Source: an uncultured Trueperaceae bacterium (GTDB taxonomy: Bacteria; Deinococcota; Deinococci; Deinococcales; Trueperaceae). From it: a stretch of 64,000 nt of DNA. Shown in pieces: positions 61,169-64,000 of this stretch. The notes beneath the pieces were generated by a model. The model saw only the letters and a program-made list of their open reading frames with translations, ran no database searches and had not been told where the DNA came from. The stretch covers positions 34,177 through 98,176 of the forward strand of contig CAWFFU010000012.1 of NCBI GenBank assembly GCA_963815215.1. The letters are read 5' to 3'. Position 1 is the first letter of the stretch, and every line of letters begins with the position of its first letter. The translations under genes were made by a program, and so were the position numbers.

Positions 61169-62056
61169 ATGGACGGTCCGAACGATGTGCGCGGCGTGAT
61201 CTCGGCGGTGGGCAGCCTGACTCTGGGCGAAGCGCGGGGGATCGTGATCCGCCGCCTGCAGGCGGCCGGGATCGATAGCGCGGCGCCGGAAGCGCTGGCG
61301 CTGCTGGAGGCCGCGACCGGGCTGGAGCGTTCGGTCCTGATGCTCCGCCCCGAGCGCGAACTGCACGGCGACGAGCGGCGGCGCCTGCGCGACAGCCTGC
61401 GCCGCCGCGTGGCGCGCGAGCCGCTCCAGCACATCCTGGGCACCGCCCCCTTCTACGGGCTCGAGCTCGCCGTGGACACGACGGTGCTGGTACCGCGGCC
61501 CGAGACCGAACGTCTGGTGGAGCTGGTGCTGGAAGGGCTGCAGGGCGTGGAGCGTCCGCGCGTGCTCGATGTCGGCACGGGCAGCGGCGCCATCGCGCTG
61601 GCGCTGCGCGCCGAGCGTCCCGACGCCGAGGTCATGGCAACCGACGTGGTCCCCGAGGCGGTGGCCCTGGCGCGCCGCAACACCGAGCGGTTGCGCCTCG
61701 ACGTCAGGGTCCTTCGCTCCGACCTGCTGGCCGAGGCCGACGTCGCCGCCTTCGCGGCCGGGTGCCATGCACTGGTCGCGAACCTCCCCTACCTTCCCGA
61801 GGCGGATGCCGGCACGCTACAGCCCGAGGCCGAGCGCGATCCGGCTCTAGCCCTGTACGCCGGCCCGGACGGTCTGCGGCTGGCGCGGCGACTGCTGAGG
61901 CAGGCCTCGAGATTGCTGTCCGGCGGTGCGTTGCTGGCGCTGGAACTCGACCCGCGCAACGTGCGCGCGGCCTTTCGCGAGGCCGGCGCCTGGCGCGATG
62001 CCCGCATCGAGCGGGATCTGACGGGTCGCGAGCGGTTCCTGCTGGCGCGTCGCTGA
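61169..62056 (+). CDS. prmC: release-factor glutamine N5-methyltransferase (PrmC/HemK)
   Basis: ...LQHILGTAPFYGLEL..., SAM motif VLDVGTGSGAIAL, and a catalytic motif reading NLPY rather than NPPY. The start is set at MDGPNDV. Confidence 0.8.
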   Translation: MDGPNDVRGVISAVGSLTLGEARGIVIRRLQAAGIDSAAPEALALLEAATGLERSVLMLRPERELHGDERRRLRDSLRRRVAREPLQHILGTAPFYGLELAVDTTVLVPRPETERLVELVLEGLQGVERPRVLDVGTGSGAIALALRAERPDAEVMATDVVPEAVALARRNTERLRLDVRVLRSDLLAEADVAAFAAGCHALVANLPYLPEADAGTLQPEAERDPALALYAGPDGLRLARRLLRQASRLLSGGALLALELDPRNVRAAFREAGAWRDARIERDLTGRERFLLARR

Positions 62057-62150
62057 CTTCGTTGATGCTGTGGGGTCGATCAGTCGATGGCCCGGGGCGT
62101 GCGGCCTCGCCGCTACGGGCCGTCGCGCCAAGGGCCGGCGCTCCAAAGGC

Positions 62151-62789
62151 CTAGTCGCTGCGCGCCGACTCGCCGCGAGTGCCGCCGCCCGCCTCCTCGC
62201 GCCGGTCCGGACGAAGCGGGGGCAGGTCCGGGAAGTCCGTGACGGCGACGACTGAACGATCGGTGTGGGGATGGCTCGGCGCACGGCGTCGTGACGCCGT
62301 CGCCTCCCCCACGCCAGACGACAGCACGCTCGCGAGCAGCAGCAGCCCGGCCCCGATGACGATGCTGGCGTCGGCAACGTTGAAGACCGCGAAATCGAAG
62401 CCCCGTACGTGGAAGTGGATGAAATCCACCACGTAGTGCAGGCGGAAGCGGTCGATCATGTTGCCCGTCGCGCCCGCCAGCACCAACGCCAGCGCCACGC
62501 GCGTTACGGTCGACAGACGGCGCCCACTGCGCAGCAGGTAGACCGCGATCACCAGCGCCACCACCGCCGACAGGATGCCGAGCAGGAAGGTACCGTCGAT
62601 GGTGAGCGGTCCGAGTTGCAGGTGGAGGTTGCGCAACATACCGAACGCGGCGCCGTTGTTGCGGATGTGCACGATATGGAAGCCGAGGCCGATGGACACC
62701 TCGCGGCTGCCCTCCGGCAGCGCCGCGACCACCCACGCCTTGCTGATCTGGTCCGCGGCGACGAGCAGGGCCGCCAGGAGCAATGCCAT
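62151..62789 (-). CDS. lspA: lipoprotein signal peptidase II (with a charged C-terminal tail of about 50 aa)
   Basis: ...DQISKAWV..., ...NNGAAFGML..., ...GNMIDR... and ...FAVFNVADASI.... Confidence 0.85.
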   Translation of the reverse strand: MALLLAALLVAADQISKAWVVAALPEGSREVSIGLGFHIVHIRNNGAAFGMLRNLHLQLGPLTIDGTFLLGILSAVVALVIAVYLLRSGRRLSTVTRVALALVLAGATGNMIDRFRLHYVVDFIHFHVRGFDFAVFNVADASIVIGAGLLLLASVLSSGVGEATASRRRAPSHPHTDRSVVAVTDFPDLPPLRPDRREEAGGGTRGESARSD

Positions 62790-62796
62790 CTCGCAC

Positions 62797-62802
62797 AGTA
62801 TA
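62797..62802 (-). promoter_or_regulatory. -10 TATACT, leaderless-type, for lspA
   Basis: The minus strand reads TATACT, then 7 nt, then ATG (62789). Confidence 0.45.
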
Positions 62803-62988
62803 GGCGGGTCGCGGCGGCCGGGAGGTTCGCCGTGGCACGCCCACCGCTGAGGGGGCGGGCGGTGTCCCGGTCCCGTCGTGGCGCCAGGGACCCGCTTCTG
62901 GAGCCTTGGTTATAGTGGGGCGCATACGTGCAAGCGTCTGCCGGCCTGGGGTGCGGTATGCCCACGGGCCGTTGAGAGGCGGCAGAAC

Positions 62989-64000
62989 ATGCCAGCAACC
63001 CTGGAACAGGTACGCAATCGGATCCGGCGCTCCGGCAGCCAGGAAGGCCCTCTCCTGACCCGGTTCGCCGAGATCCTCTTCGGCAAGGCTGACGACGCGT
63101 TCCTGGACGAGTTCGATTCCGACAGCCTGTTCGCCATGGCGGTCGACGGCCTCCATTTCCTGGAGGGCGGTCTGCGGGACGGTCCGCGCGTGCAGGTCTT
63201 CAACCCGCGGTTCGACACCGACGGTTGGGACGCCCCCTACACCGTGATCCGTTTGCTGCTCTACGATCGACCGTTCATCGTCGATTCGGTCCGGGCCGAG
63301 CTCGGCCGGCATGGCGTGGAGCTGTTCCACTTGCTCCACCCGATGGTCACTCCGGAGCGCGACCCTTCGGGGGCGGTCGTCGGCGTCGGCGTCAAGGGGG
63401 AGCGGGAACGGCGCGAAGCGGTCGAGATGTACTTCGTGGAGCGTCTGGAGAGTGAAGAGAAGCGGGCCGATCTGGCAGCCGCCATCCGGCGCGTGCTGCA
63501 AGACGTGCTCCTGGCCACCGGCGACTACGCGGCGATGCGCGAGCGGGCGCTGGCGATGCGCGCCTACGTAGCCGGACTGCGCCAGAAGAGCGCGCAGGGC
63601 TACCATCGTGATCGCGGCGAGGAGCTCGAGGAGTACGGCGCCTTCATGGAGTGGCTCGACGACGACAACTTCGTGTTCCTGGGCTATCGCGAGTACGACA
63701 TCACCACGGTGGACGGGGTGCGCTCGCTGCAGGTCACGCCCGACAGCGGCCTGGGCATCCTACGCAAGACCGAGACCAGCGCCTACGAACAGGCGGTAGC
63801 CATCGCGGACCTCCCCGAGGGTCTGCGGGAGCGCGTCACCGGCGGCCGCGTGTTCGTGGTGACCAAGACCAACGCCGAGTCGACCGTGCACCGTCCGGCG
63901 CGCATGGACTACATCGGCATCAAGAAGCTCTCGGACAGCTGGCAGGTGCTGGGCGAGCACCGCTTCCTGGGCTTGTTCACGTCCAAGGCGCACTCCACCC
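62989..64000 (+). CDS. NAD-specific glutamate dehydrogenase, large (about 180-kDa class) form; 5' part, runs off the window
   Basis: The open frame from ATG 62989 has no stop, so it is absent from the ORF track. ...YTVIRLLLYDRPFIVDSVRAELGRHGVELFHLLHPMV..., ...FMEWLDDDNFVFLGYREYD... and ...TNAESTVHRPARMDYIGIK... match the N-terminal region of large GDHs (from memory). Confidence 0.8.
   Translation, partial: MPATLEQVRNRIRRSGSQEGPLLTRFAEILFGKADDAFLDEFDSDSLFAMAVDGLHFLEGGLRDGPRVQVFNPRFDTDGWDAPYTVIRLLLYDRPFIVDSVRAELGRHGVELFHLLHPMVTPERDPSGAVVGVGVKGERERREAVEMYFVERLESEEKRADLAAAIRRVLQDVLLATGDYAAMRERALAMRAYVAGLRQKSAQGYHRDRGEELEEYGAFMEWLDDDNFVFLGYREYDITTVDGVRSLQVTPDSGLGILRKTETSAYEQAVAIADLPEGLRERVTGGRVFVVTKTNAESTVHRPARMDYIGIKKLSDSWQVLGEHRFLGLFTSKAHST

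Noticed and set aside
62113-63606. 497-aa minus-strand ORF covering lspA and the start of the large GDH gene
   Set aside because: Junk composition. It conflicts with lspA (in another frame) and with the clearly coding plus-strand GDH N-terminus.

Overview
The window is very GC-rich (about two-thirds G+C by eye) and densely coding. It looks like chromosome from the Deinococcus-Thermus lineage. Three things point there: a Thermus-type ba3 cytochrome oxidase including a tiny IIa subunit, rpmH embedded out of frame inside rnpA, and many leaderless-type promoters with a TAnnnT -10 box 5-8 nt before the start codon. I support about 57 protein-coding genes, and saw no rRNA, tRNA, CRISPR array, transposase or integrase. 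Most of the content is housekeeping: cbaDBA; an SDR; an acyl-CoA ligase; a CYTH protein; an EF-G2-like GTPase; ccdA; a hemC-like gene; metK; a GNAT; an NYN protein; gatB; a DUF151 nuclease; alaX; folE; sdhCDAB; a CaCA antiporter; a dienelactone hydrolase, RidA and a PP2C phosphatase; gatA; rpmH-rnpA-yidD-yidC-jag; a queuosine salvage protein; a maltodextrin ABC transporter with two GH13 genes; prmC; lspA; and the 5' part of a large NAD-glutamate dehydrogenase. Two regions look accessory and are the main hunting results. (1) At 41390-48813 a tightly coupled minus-strand operon encodes four signal-peptide proteins, named A to D here in operon order. A and C are two pilin-like subunits that share a C-terminal P-G-x-Y-x5-[W/Y]-x-L-x4-P motif. 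B is a two-domain chaperone-like protein. D is a 1013-aa beta-rich multidomain protein. A SARP/BTAD-like regulator is transcribed divergently, and a triple ACGAG direct repeat sits over the putative -35 of the operon. I read this as a candidate undescribed surface-fibre or assembly system. (2) At 30153-41372 a GntR-controlled 10-gene operon plus a divergent M24 hydrolase resembles ectoine/hydroxyectoine uptake and catabolism clusters (Ehu/Eut/Doe type). The canonical deacetylase and transaminase are missing, and a Cys/Met-family PLP enzyme plus a homoserine dehydrogenase stand in their place. All family assignments come from motif recognition and memory, because no database search could be run. 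Start codons were refined by eye using RBS or leaderless -10 context.
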